Assembly (NCBI GenBank): GCA_020137815.1
Contig: CM035350.1
Location: forward strand, 5,642,001-5,706,000
Reading direction: 5' to 3'
DNA length: 64,000 nucleotides
Source of the DNA: Hormiphora californensis
Taxonomy: Eukaryota; Animalia; Ctenophora
The stretch's first letter is position 1; each line of letters starts with the position of its first letter. The notes under the pieces are model-generated. The model searched no databases. It saw only the letters and a program-made list of their open reading frames with translations, and was not told where the DNA came from. The translations under genes and the position numbers were made by a program. Of this stretch, positions 27,201 through 49,600 are shown piece after piece.

Positions 27201-30200
27201 GGAGGCAAGGCATATGTTAACATTAACTGTACAAACTACAACACAACAGATCTTTGTAAAAAAGTGGAGGTGTCGGCAGATTCGTGTTACACTGAACCTA
27301 GCTTGAAAATACTAAATGCTGATGAAATATGTAATGAAAGATGTTTTTGTCCTTATTGTGATGACGAAATCAACTGTGCTAAAAAAGGTAATGCACTCCG
27401 TTCAAGACCAGCCGATGAAGATGAACAAGTTGATCAACCATTGAAAAGGTCGAATGATAAAGGGTTTACAGTCGATGAAGAAAAGCCAACGGAAGAATTG
27501 GACGATGAAAAAAACCGAAGAAGGCTCACCTACGAAACCAGCCGAGTTGGGAAGTACCTTCAAAGCGGGAAGTCTTAACTGTACCAACCCGATGTCCGGG
27601 ACGTATCGGATTGTCCCAATAAACTGGATTTGTGATGGAGTTTGGGATTGCCGAAATGGTGAAGACGAACCGGAACAAGGTTGCAACAACCCGTTTGCAT
27701 CATGTGGATCAGTCAATCTCACTAGCCAAAACCGGTGTGGTCCAGAGCCCCTTGAAAACAGTCTGTTTGGGGAAGTCTGCCCGGCAATTGAATTCTATAA
27801 TCATTATGATTGTGAAATTCCCGAAGGCAATTCGTCTTATTATTTGAAAGGTTGCCTATCTAAACATCTAAATCGAACGTTCAACGTCAACAGGAATATG
27901 GTTTGCTCAGATAGAATGGCATGGTGTACAAAAGAATCTATGCGATGACAAAATCGACACTACAGTGTGTTACTCCAACCCCTGGTTGCACGATCCACAA
28001 ACATCAGTTATGCGATGACATTAATGACTGTAACGGTTACGATGAAGAGCTAAACATTATTTGTGGTGAGATGACTGTAGCTAAATGTGAAAGAAAGTTT
28101 GGGAAGCCAGGACAGAAACTCTTAATTCCTTTGGCATGGGTTAAGGACGGTATTGATGACTGCTATGACGCATTCCGATGAGGATGGAGGCCCAGAAGAT
28201 GGATGGGTGGTCTGTACTGATCGTACAAAGACCTCCACTCGATATGTCCATGACGAAGAAGATTGCGATAAACTGAACGAATTTCGTTGTTACCGGGAAA
28301 ACACGACACTTGACATGGCGTATGTGTGTGACAGGGTCGGGAGCTGTGCTTCAGAGGTGATGATGTGTGCTGAGTCAAGGAATATAGCACCAGTTCAAGC
28401 AAAGGTTATGGAGACAGTTGGCCCGGGGAAAAGGACAGAGAAGCGTCTGGGACATTGTCTACCTGGACTTGAAAGTATGCGGAAGGTCTTCCCTCATTTG
28501 GGAGACTGTGTTGAAGAACCGTTCCAAGAACCTTTCGATAAACCAGTAGGATGGAGTGACATTAGATCATGTTATATATCCGGCCATTGACGATTCTATC
28601 TCTTGCAAAGGGGTTTTTGGTGAGGCCTATGTTTACCTGGTATGTCTTGGCCGTTGCAAAAATGAAAGCATTAAATGTCCTCTAAGATCGCTGGAGGTTG
28701 ATTCCTGTCCGAACCTTGACAAATCATATGAATCTGTGCTAGCATTAGAAGGCAACGGAACAACCAAAGTTTTCGCTATCCCGAGCAACGGAGAAATTAA
28801 GTTTGTCAATAACTTCTTTCTCTGTAACGAAACCAAGAACTGCGTCCCGTACTCCCAAGTTTGTAATCTAGTTGACGACTGTGGGGACGGAAGTGATGAA
28901 AATGAGAACATTTGTACAAATGTGTTCAAGTGCGGCAACGGAGATCATATCCAGATCAACAGCAAATGTGATGGTAAATTCGACTGCGAGGACTACTCGG
29001 ACGAGTGCAACGGACAGTGTTCCGACACCATCATCGAACATTTCGGGTTTCTGATTTTCTCATTTGCCGTCGGTATCTTGGCCACAGGGGCTAATGGAAT
29101 CATTATGATAAAGTTCTTCACAACCTTCGGAAAGTCAAAGAACGCATCGGCTATTATGAATCAACTGCTGGTGTTCTTCATTTCCATAGGCGATTTTTGC
29201 ATGGGTCTTTACTTGATATTTATTGGCAGCTACGATGTAAAATATGAGGATGAGTACTGTAATACACAACTTGAATGGCGTACTGGGATTGAAGTGTTCA
29301 TTGCTTGGTGTCATAAGCACATTCGGATCCCAGATCTCCCTAATCTCCATGACCTTTCTGAGTCTCTCCCGTGTCATAAGCCTCAGAAACGTACTTACAC
29401 CAAGATCATTCAACCGGAAAGGCGGGTATAAAATTGGCCCTCATGACCGTCTTCATCACGCTTGTCTCAATCCTCATAGCTACTGTTCCCCTTGTTTGAT
29501 ATATTTGAAGATTTCTTCGTCAATGGAGTTTACTATCCCGGTAGCACTATGATAACTGGCGCCCCAGATCGTGAGAAACACGTTGCTATCTTAACAAAGT
29601 ATTTTCACGAGGAACAAATGGATTCTGATTTCTTTACCTGGTCCAAAATCCGGCAAATTCTCACAAAGGATGTGTTCATATCATATTCCTTCGATGAAAA
29701 AACGCCCGCCTCGGTTACAGGCCGGAAACTACATTTCTACGGTAATGCCGGTGTGTGCCTTTTCAAGTTTTTCGTTTCCAAGGGCGATCCTCAGGAGAAG
29801 TTCATCTGGGTCGTTCTGATCATTGACTTTGTCTGTTTCTTCATCATCACCATTTCCTACATTTTCATCCACTTTGTCTCCGCGAGTTCCGGGAACGGGA
29901 TTTCAAATGCTGCAACTAGCAAAAGTGGTGCAAAAAAGAAATGCTAAACTTCAACGAAAAGTTTCAATGATCATTCTCACAGGATTTCTGCTGCTGGGTG
30001 CCACTCATATTCTTCTGCATCTTCCACTACACCGAGGTTATTGATGCAACGTCATGGTACCCCTTCTTCTCTACCTTCATCCTTCCCATCAACTCGGTCA
30101 TAAATCCTCTACTGTATGACTCCACTGTGACAGAGGTGCTTTCCAAGGGTGTATTTTCATTGAGGAAAAAAATGGGGAGGCGAGCTGAAGCTTTATCTCG

Positions 30201-30564
30201 CACAACAATGGTGTCAGGTGACATTGAAATGACCAGGAAGGACGGTAACGAGGCCGGGAATGATCCTGTGGAGCCAATTAAAGAAGCTTCTCCTGGAAAC
30301 GATTCTAAGCTACAACTTGAGAACAGTGAAAAGAGAGATGATGAAAAGAGATATGATGCTGAGCTACAAGTCGAGAACAGTGAAAAGAGAGATGAAAATG
30401 ATGATGCCGAGAGCGAGTGTGGCACTGTAAGCGATGCCGATAAGGAACATATTTATTCTGATGTAGCAACCAGTGAGCATGAGACATTTGATCAAAATGC
30501 TGCTGCTGATAGTGTGACAGGTGATGAGAAGGCCATCATAGGCAGAAGAAAGAGAAGACAGTGA
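21212..30564 (+). CDS. Giant intronless rhodopsin-class GPCR of LGR/GRL101 type with SRCR-like repeats and LDLa modules; ~10 frameshifts (sequence errors or pseudogene)
   Basis: Signal peptide MARLLIFLLLFAAG. Repeated SRCR-like motifs (GQVCADTFDDRLAGVFCSIFGY, GMVCQKELSVEFLERACEKMGF). LDLa modules (WICDGVWDCRNGEDE, VCNLVDDCGDGSDE, KCDGKFDCEDYSDE). LGR-type 7TM motifs (IGDFCMGLYL, FYGNAGVCL, LPINSVINPLLY). Ten overlapping ORFs tile the region. Confidence 0.8.
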
Positions 30565-31804
30565 GACGGATCATTCCTCAAGCAATGTCCGAAATGAGAT
30601 CAGTGCCGACTGTGAAAATATTTATGCTGATGTAGAGTGATGATTGTAGGTAACGAATCGTTACTAAAGATGATAATTGATATATCATGCAGTATATATA
30701 AGTAGCAATATCATCTCAGTTCAGTTTAGATCCTGAGTTGAAGTCGTGTGAGGTAAATATGAAAAATCGAAGAGAAAATGTAGCTATAGCTCAGCAAGCT
30801 GTGCTTTATTTTGATGTTAGGTGACCCATTATAACATTTGACCATGGTTATAACGAGTGTTGTTGGTTTTAAATTCAATGAGACTTTCACCACATCATAC
30901 ATGTAGTACAAAACAAATGTACATGATGTGCATGCAGATGTACATTTGTTTGTTCAAATAAATCAGACTCGTTCTTTTTCACCGCAAGCAGCGAGTTCAG
31001 AGTTGACATGTTCCCGGTCTGGATCGGCTCTAACACCGGGCCGAATGCCCGGTGTGAGATTGGGGTGGGATACCCGGGTTCTTTTTTGTAAGTTGGTCCC
31101 TTAGTGGAAGCGACTCATCTCACAAATGACAGACTAGTCTGTCGTTCGTGAGATGAGTCTAGACTGCGTAGCATGGAAATGGATAGAGTGAGATGACTTT
31201 CCATGCTGATAGTAGCATTGCTACACAGTCTGTCATTCGCGTGATGAGTCTCCTCCTCGATTACGTTTGCCTTCGGCCCGGTGTGAGAACAGACAGAAGG
31301 GGAACACGTCAAGGGGGGGGGGGGGTGATTGGTTCTATCTAAGCAGTTAGAGGGGCTCAGTGTGGAATTTCCACTGGAAATCAAAACTGCGGACAAAATT
31401 CGGGGGGGGGGGGGGGGGGTGAACAAACACCATACCTTGTCTAGTCCCACTTCCAATTTTGTGGTTGATTCGGGTGACAATTGATAGGTCCTTCCACAAT
31501 CCGCCTGGCGATTGCAGTTCAGGGAATAAATGGCATTTCAGCAAGCATAAAAATCAGCGAGTAACTTGGACAACAGATCCTCTTGCGGAATTGTTAGAAA
31601 CATGCTAGGCAGCGGGCTATAAAATGAAGTAAGGATGGATGATCGGGCATGGGAGTTGAGCGGGGTTGATTGGACAGAGATTTTAGGGTTGTTGTTGGGG
31701 TGGGTGATGGATCGGGAGGGTGGATCTTGGTACATTGCTATAGCAAGCAGTCAGCAGTTGGAGGGTGGTTATTCTTTAGAAACTAACTGTCACTATGATA
31801 GTTC

Positions 31805-31878
<74 letters not shown>

Positions 31879-32543
31879 GAGAGAGAGACATATAGAGAGA
31901 GAGAGAGATGGTGACAGCTAGTAACAATTATCGAAAACAAGTTTCGTTACAGAGATCAAAACTAAAAAGACTGATCTTTGATACATTCCACTATCCGGGT
32001 AATAAACACTCAATTGTCTTCTTCAAAACTTTAGGAAGAACTTCCAGAACTTCCAGAACAATATAAGATTTTTTTTCTCTCAACTATACTTTCATGTTTT
32101 TGGCGGAATGAAGACACACAATTAGCTGGTGTTTATCACCAGATAGTGTATAACCAACATACAAAGATATAAGAGTCACACCCATCAAGTTAGAAGATAA
32201 TAAAACTTCAACAGATGCGACCAAAAAAGTAACACCACTTGAGGCCATTGGGCTCTGAGAGTTCTCTGAAAAAAACAAAGGATAAAACAGGGGCATCACT
32301 CGGTATATGCGAGATCTCGATTGGCCAACGAGGCATCGCCTCAGTCGAATTTCTGAGGGGCTACAACATATCTCGTAACAGACACAAAATAAGAAATGCC
32401 ATCGTCCCTTTCTCCTACACTCACACACTTTCTCTCGTTATCTCTCACTGGAAACCCGCGACCAAATAACTTATACATAACACATGCACACACACACACT
32501 GCGGCGGGGTGGGTCTCTGAGTGTTCATCTCTCTCGCTCTCTC

Positions 32544-41783
<9,240 letters not shown>

Positions 41784-41970
41784 CCTACACAGAGGGAGAG
41801 AGGATGGTGTATTGGGGGTCGGTGATATACAATATGGGGTAAACCACGGGTTGTATTGTGTTCAGAAAATCAAAGAAGTTTTCAAATCTTAAGATTTAAG
41901 AAGTAATAATTTCAACAGGGTAAATTTACTGTATACATTTTCATCAAACAATTAATATTGCCAACAAATC

Positions 41971-43401
41971 TCATGCTTGTTTCTTTATTTCGTCCCTGAT
42001 GAATGCCAGTCTCTCCAGCAGGGGAGGGTGAGAGTAGGTGAAGGCAGAGTAGACATTATCAGCAAGAGGGAAACTAAGATTATCAGCTACCATCTTCACT
42101 AAGGAACTCTGAAGGAGGGGTCCCTTACCCAGACCCACCGCAAAGGCATCCGCTTGGAACTCGAATCTTCGTGTTAGCTGGGTGGACAGGATACTGAAGA
42201 CCTTGTTGATTGGCCCGAACATGTACTGGAAGATAATGGTCAGGGACATTAGGGTGGGTTGAGATCCATGGGGGAAACCAAAGTCAGCCAACATTTGCTC
42301 GTTTTTAACGAGTACCCCAAACAGATAGAACATGCCCAGAATAACTGCCTGGTTGATCAGGAGAGGCTTATACACATGTCCAAGATACCAATGTCCAAGT
42401 TCGTGTCCTAGCACTGCCACAACCTCCTCCTGGGTACAGCCCTTCTTCTTCTTCTCCTCGCTCTCCTCCTCCTCCTCTCCACTGGGAAACTGCTTTTTGT
42501 TACCATTCTCATCCAGGCCGAGAAGTGGGTTGCACGTCTCGTCTAGGAGGGTGTCAAATAACACTATCCTCTTGTTTTTGAAGAACCCGTAGAAAAATGC
42601 GTTGCTATGGTTGGACCGTTTCGATCCGTCCACAATGTACAACTTGGTGAGGGGGAAGTTGATACTGGAGGCAAGTTCTTCGATAGCCGTCTTCAAGGGT
42701 GACTCAGGTACAGGAGTGTAGGTATCAAACATTGGCGCGATGAAATCCATGTAAATGAAGAAGACTGCCATGGTGAAGGTAAAGACAAGGGCCCAGGCAT
42801 AGATAAAGAAGTAATCTCCGCCCCACTGTATCAGATATATGAGAGGTGTCATTATCAAACTGGAGATAACATTAGAAAGGACTATCTTTTTAAGGGTGTC
42901 TTTGAAGTAAAACCCGAGTGTCATTTTGTTGAACCCATGTCGCTCTTCGATCACAAAGGTCCGGTAAAGCGACCAGGGAAGATGAATAACAGCCATGATG
43001 ATAGATGACTGCCACAGAAATACATTTGACTGTATCAACTCGTGACTGTATCCCAAATACTCAATGCTTTTACCGGCAAACTCCCAAAAGAATGGTGTGA
43101 TGAACAAAAGAGACACGGCCAGCGTCTCAAAGTAACTGTAAAAGTCATGGATAATTCCAAAATTAATTTTCTCCAAGCTGTACCAGCGTGCTTTTGAATA
43201 AGTGTCATTGTCCATCAGCTTTTTGACATCTTCAGTTGGAGATTCTGTTTCCTTTACTATTCGCCGTTGGCGCCAAATCAGGTAGGTGTCAAATAGGAAT
43301 TCCGCAGAAACGAATGCCAGGCTACAGTACATGTAGTTGACATTGTCGAATGAATCCCCAATTGTTTTAAGGAAATCGGAGACGCAACAGAGAACACCCA
43401 T
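41971..43401 (-). CDS. ZMPSTE24: CAAX prenyl protease 1 (Ste24, M48 zinc metalloprotease), intronless, 476 aa
   Basis: FVIEERHGFNK, DGSKRSNHSNAFFYGFFKNKRIVLFDTL, HELGH (HExxH), RRFEFQADAFA, YSHPPLLERL. True ATG is probably 43401 (MGVLCC). Confidence 0.95.
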   Translation of the reverse strand: MGVLCCVSDFLKTIGDSFDNVNYMYCSLAFVSAEFLFDTYLIWRQRRIVKETESPTEDVKKLMDNDTYSKARWYSLEKINFGIIHDFYSYFETLAVSLLFITPFFWEFAGKSIEYLGYSHELIQSNVFLWQSSIIMAVIHLPWSLYRTFVIEERHGFNKMTLGFYFKDTLKKIVLSNVISSLIMTPLIYLIQWGGDYFFIYAWALVFTFTMAVFFIYMDFIAPMFDTYTPVPESPLKTAIEELASSINFPLTKLYIVDGSKRSNHSNAFFYGFFKNKRIVLFDTLLDETCNPLLGLDENGNKKQFPSGEEEEESEEKKKKGCTQEEVVAVLGHELGHWYLGHVYKPLLINQAVILGMFYLFGVLVKNEQMLADFGFPHGSQPTLMSLTIIFQYMFGPINKVFSILSTQLTRRFEFQADAFAVGLGKGPLLQSSLVKMVADNLSFPLADNVYSAFTYSHPPLLERLAFIRDEIKKQA

Positions 43402-43678
43402 CGTCACAGCTGGCGGGAGAGTGACGGCAGCGAGGCGGAAAAGAGGGAAAAAACAGCAAAAAACCGAGAACCCAAATAAAAAAATCGCGATCCGACCAAA
43501 AAATATTTTCGCGCGCATTAACTGCGCGGCGTTAATCTTTATTTGCGCGTCGCAAGAATAATTCGTTCGTCCAAGGTCAACATTTTGCGGAGGAGAAAGC
43601 ACATGAGTTTGGCGCGTTCTTGGCGCCGAATACAGACAGAAAAAGTACATTGCCTTCTCCACTGGGTATCTGCAGCCC
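43402..43678. promoter_or_regulatory. Probable bidirectional promoter between ZMPSTE24 and importin beta
   Basis: 277 bp between divergent ATGs, with clustered CGCG motifs (ttttcgcgcgcattaactgcgcggcg). Confidence 0.6.
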
Positions 43679-46600
43679 ATGCAACTGACCGCCACTATGA
43701 ATGAAGTTGAACTTAGCAAGGTTCTTGAGGCTACAATATCCTCTGGTGAGAATTGCCGCCTTTTTGTGATAGTTTTGAATATAGATTTGTGATTATAATT
43801 GTGAACCTACCTGATCTGAGCGTGTTTGACGACCCCTGTCTTTCAGATATTGTTGCCATTCAATCTGCCCAACGTTACCTTGAAAATGCAGCCGCCTCAA
43901 ATGTGGTATGTATTGGCCCATGTATGGGGATAATGTATGCTCCATAATGTATGCTCCATTATTACGAAATTTCCTCTATTTCTTGTCCAATTCCCATCTT
44001 TCGTATTTTTTTTCTCTAGAACTCGAGAGCAGGAATTATTATGTATGGTTTAATATCATGAGAAGATGGGGTATAAAGAGGGTGTTTTTGTTTAAACTTT
44101 TAATATGTAGGGAGTATTTCAAAAATAGAATACCTGAGAGTGAGATTTAATGCCGTGAGAAGAAACATGTAATGTTCAGCAATAAGCTGTGTAGGCAGAA
44201 TGGGCGAGAAAAAGAGCGAGAGAATAGAGATAAAGAGAGATAGGAAAATATAGGTTTGAATATAAGGTACTAGTCAATGTAAGTAATTCGGCCATTATAC
44301 ACCATTATACACGGTGTTCATTTTGGATCTTTACAAGCGTTGGGCTTCACCCAGAAAAAAGTTGACAAAATTAGCTCATGAAACTTCATACTTGGACCAT
44401 TCTATGCCCTCATTCAAGGTTCCTGGTGTTTTCGGAGCTCTAGCACCCCGGTAAGTGTGTTTTTGGCATCAAAACTACCAGAAGGAATTTTTGCTGGCGC
44501 TGAGACTTTGCTAGAGTCTTTCCAGCCACTTTTTTCGAAATTCTGAGACCGAAAAACATATCCAATCATCATAAAACTTTGGGTTTGACATAGAAAATAC
44601 CCAAAAAACATTTTAGCAAAGTCTCAGCACCAGCTAAAAATTCCTTCTGGTAGTTTTGATGCCAAAAACACACTAACCGGGGTGCCAGAGCTCCGAAAAC
44701 ACCAGGAACCTTGAATGAGGGCATAGAATAGTCCAAGTATGAAGTTTCATAAGCTAATTTTGTCAACTTTTTCTGGGTGAAGCCCAACGCTTGTAAAGAT
44801 CCAAAATGAACACCCTGTATAATGGGAGAGGCTCAATTAACAAGAGATCCACGCATGTAGGGGAGGGGGGCGCAGGGGGCGCCATGGCGCCCCTTAAATT
44901 TCGGGGAATGGCGCCCCTTACTTTTCGGGAGATGGGGAGTGCAGTAGGCCATGCCCCCCACTTTTAATTTTTCAGGGTGGAAGCTATAAAATTTTGCCGC
45001 CTATTCTTATCTCTATCGAGGTATATAGAGATTGAGAGCGATTGATTGACCAGCCCATCGTTCCACTTGTACAGTTTCGGTATTTCTCCCACTGAAACGG
45101 GTTATCTGTCGTCTCAATGTACAACTTTCGAAATTCAAAGCCAATCAAGAAGGCCTCCGCCTAGTTTATCACTGTGCAGTGTGCATTGTACAAAGTCATT
45201 GTACAAATCGTTCACTTTTGATTTCGGAATTCGGTTACCCAACACTAGAACCAGCTCCAGCTCAGGTCGGTTGCATGTAAGTCATGAACGAAGATTAGGG
45301 ACTCCTTTTACCCAAGATGGTTTCATCATGGTTTGGAGCAGCTAAATTTGGTCCCCAAAATAGTGAAAATTTGCGACTTTTACCTCGAAAATCTCGAAAA
45401 TTTTCCGAATGATTAACCACGGAATTCATTCATTTGTCACGTGACATTACACATGGGTCACGTGACATTACACATGTCACGTGACATTACACATTGGTCA
45501 AAATTTCGCCTACATCGATCACGTGATGGATCTCTTAGATCTCTTAGAGATCATCACGTGATGGATCTCTCAGAGAAAAGTCTTAGAGATCATCACGTGA
45601 TGGATCTCTCAGAGAAAAGTCTCAGAGATCATCACGTGATCGCGTCGGTGTGTGTGTGTGATCGGTGGTCGGACCGTGGAGATTCTTTGTTACCCATTTC
45701 ACGTTCATGTTTTCCACTGTTTGCTCGAATCTCTTCGCACGGGACTGGGTCATAGATATTTACATGTATGTTTGACAATGTGTATTCTGTATTTATAATG
45801 CCCAACTTGAAATTTTCCAACCAACCAACCAACCAACCAACCAGTTGACTTCAAAAACTTCAAAAAACTACTTTTATATGCTATCAGTGACTATTATTAC
45901 ACTTGTTTAGGTTAGTTTCATGCTTAATACATATTGTGGCAAAGTTATCCGTCCTTGTCTGCCCTTTTTCTACCACAAATTAGGATATTTACAATGATTC
46001 CTAGCCATGAAATCCATGGCACAATTTGGTGTAAAAAATTTTTTGTAAAAACAGATTTCATTTTCATTCTATAACTCAAAAAGTTGCCTAGAAAATGCTA
46101 AGAAAGTGTTTCAAAATTTTTTTTTGGGGCCACACCCTTTTTGCCAGTTTCACAAAATGCAAATTTTTTATTAAGGGAGTAGTGAAAAAAATATGGACAC
46201 CAAAATCATCAGCAGCCTCGAGTTTATATAAGAGTTATGAAGCAACATAGGGCCTATCTCCAACGGTTTAGGAGATATGAGTTTTTGAAGTTTTTGAAGT
46301 TTTCCACTCTAAGTTTCTCTTTGAAGTTTTTGAAGTTGACTTCAAAAACTTCAAAAACTTCAGCCGCCCCCCCCCCCATTTTCTACTCTATATGGGGATC
46401 TCATTACGCACAGTGGACTACTGGGTGAAATGTGGGATCTGATACTCACTGGGATGATCTGATCCTCAGTGGGGTGATCTGATCATTGGTGTGGTGATCT
46501 GATCATGGATGGGGGGATCTGATTCTCAATGGGGTGATCTAATCATGCATATTGGGTGATGTGATCTGATCTTGATGATAGTAAGATAGTATGTATCTAT

Positions 46601-49600
46601 GTTAGAGATCAGGTCAAAGTGGGAAACTTTCTTAGAGATTAGGAGAGTCAAAGTGTGAAAGTTTCTTAGAGATTAGGAGGGTCAAAGTGGGAAACTTTCT
46701 TAGAGATCAGGTCAAAGTGGGAAACTTTCTTAGAGATCAGGTCAAAGTGGGAAACTTTCTTTGAGATCAGGTCAAAGTGGGAAACTTTCTTAGAGATCAG
46801 GTCAAAGTGGGAAACTTTGATAGTAAGATAATATGTGTGTATTGGGGTATCTCACTGCAGCTGCATATAATATTACTAATCCCTAGCAAGTGAGAGTACA
46901 CTGTGTAGAACAACTATGAAAGGCAACAAACCGGGGACTCAGCAATTATGATTGTTTGAGTTATAGACTATAGTGTGATGGTGTAAACTGTATAAAGCAG
47001 TTCCTACCTGACTAAATATTTCTCTTTATCGTCGGAAATTATGTAATCGGCAGCCCTATCCCGGGTGGGAACTTGAAAAAGAGGTGTAGGAGGGGACTTG
47101 AAAAGGGGCGAGTGGGATGTCAGGGGTGATTGTCACAGTTTCACCCCGTTTGTAATTTAACACCTTCACATTCCTTTCACTGTTCCACGGATAATCGCTA
47201 CCCAAATTATGTAATTACACACAGCTGCTACATCCAACATTTTCTATTTTATATCAGAACAACTCACAAAGATTTATGCCCAGAATACAACCATATCCGG
47301 AAAACATTTAGAATCGGTGACAAAAACGGGCTCCACCAACGTAGCATAGCTCACCACAATTAGAAGTAGCTCTTACTCAAATAGAATGTCAAATTAAAAA
47401 TTAAAATTAAAAAAAGTCTAGGCCAATCCGCGAAAATTAATGCCCTCGAAAATATATGGTTTTACAGTAAAAGGTTAGGCCTCTATTCCCTCTAACCCCC
47501 CTGTCCCTTCATCAGGAGCTGCTTCTTGGTGCGTTGTCCAACCGCCTCGCTGACGGGAAGGAATCTCAGAATGCAAGAAAGGCGGCTGCGATCCAGCTGA
47601 AGAACCACCTGACTAGTAAGGATGAGGTGGTCTTGGCACAGTACCATCAGAGGTGGATGTCATTTGATGTCAACAACAGGGCCGCCATTAAACACAACGT
47701 GAGTAACAATCCCTTATTTACGAAATTACCCCTGCGTGAGCGACCTTTATATTTGAATACAACGTAAATTGGGTGGGGTGACTTCGTAACCAAGTACAAC
47801 CCCTTGGTTTCAGAACCCACAGGAAGCTGGAAGAGGTAACTTGGTTACCAAAACAATCCCCCGCACACCTAGTTAACACAAAAACATAGGTTAACGCCCC
47901 CCCCCCCCCATCAATACCTCCGTCCACACAAAGACAGCAGGATTACTAAAACAGTAATTACTGTGATTTGTGGGGATTGTGTCCTCCGTTGTTTAGTACA
48001 GTTCATGTATATTACTATAGTTTCTAGGTACAATATACCTCAACATGTGTACACACTAAACAAACACACACACACACACACACACTCATGTTTACACACT
48101 CCTTTTGGCTGTTTCATGGATATAGATTATAGCGACAGAGTTCATTCAGCAACAATCAATTGGCAGTCAAAATGATCTTTGTAAAACTCGTATATGGATT
48201 TACTGTCATGTTTTCTAAACTAAATACTAAAACCATCATGACTGTTAGGCTATAAGCATACTGATCGTGATGATCATAATCAGTTAAAAAGATGAAGTGT
48301 GTTCATGGTTTTGATCATCATCATCTGCAAAAAACTGCAGTGTGCGGAACATTTTGATCATCACGTAAGAGCTGGCCCTGGAGCCGTCTCTTAAGTTGGA
48401 TGATGATCATCAACACCTAGTGTGCGCACGTTCGTTTGTTTGTTTGTTTGTTAAAGACGTCTTAGGAACCTGGGATACTGAGTTCTCCCCCTCATCTTGG
48501 TCTACTCTGATAGTATTTTCATGCTAGCCTTGATGGAAAATATAGGGGAGACCCCAGTAACTCAGTCTTACTCCAACCGACATACACGATACCCAGTGGT
48601 ACACTTGTTGGTACCGAACACAGAGTCAGATGCGGGGGACATCGCTGTCCTGGGTATCGTGCCGGATCTTGAAGTGTCTCCGACGTGGAGGGATTTTGGA
48701 AGAAGTGGGAATCGGGAAGAATAGAAGAGAGAGGTTGAGGAGCACATTTCTGATCTGAGAGGTCCCCATGATGACTCGAGGACAGTCGGGGAGATCAGAA
48801 TGGCTATAATAGGTGTTGTCCAGTGTAGTCTATAGGTTGTAACGAAGTTCCTGTAACAGTTGGAGGGTAAGGATAATGGGAAAGGGAAGTGAATTGGATT
48901 GGATATAGTTTCATGAATATTTTAATGGGTGGAAGCTGTGGGTGGTTGGCTGTTCGTGGCAGAGGGATATGGCTGTCAATCCAATTAACACTGCTGTACA
49001 GAACCACCAGGAGATTTTGGGCTGTGGGAACCATAACCTGGGTGGCCGGAATGGTGGCGGGCGTGGAAATAGTAGCCAGGACAGACTATGCCGTGGCTCC
49101 TATTATCCTTGTGTTCAGGGTTGCAAGAAACAACATACTATCAACACTAGACAATAAAAGACCTTAAGATATAACATAATAATCATATTCTATAAAGATA
49201 GGGTAGAAGGAGAGGGGTGGGTGGGATAGGGTGGGATGGAAGGAGTCAGAGATAGGGTGTCAGTAGAGAATCGGGTCGGTCAGATGAATTATAAGATATA
49301 TGATAAATAAATGGCTCACTGAACGACAGACAATGACAGACAAACTACATATTAACAGGTAGACTGACAGACAGACTATTTCTTATCTGTTTGGGTATAT
49401 TCTGCATAGTTGATAGTAGTTGGAGTGACTGTTGGTTTTAGGTACGTGGGGTCCACAAAGAAAGGTCGTGCGAGGGCAGGTTTAGAGTTACGGGGCAAAT
49501 TTACCGTGTGCGCACGATCTAAGATCTTATGGAGGGCTGTAGTCATGTGATATGTACCACGTAGTATGAATTCGCGCGCTCTGAGAGGCTGTTGTACAGG

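Noticed and set aside
30950-31750. Short minus-strand ORFs between the GPCR and TDP-43
   Set aside because: No recognisable homology or consistent exon chain.
43402-43719. 106-aa N-terminal extension of ZMPSTE24 in the ORF track
   Set aside because: Non-ATG start that runs through the promoter into importin exon 1. The ATG at 43401 gives the typical length.
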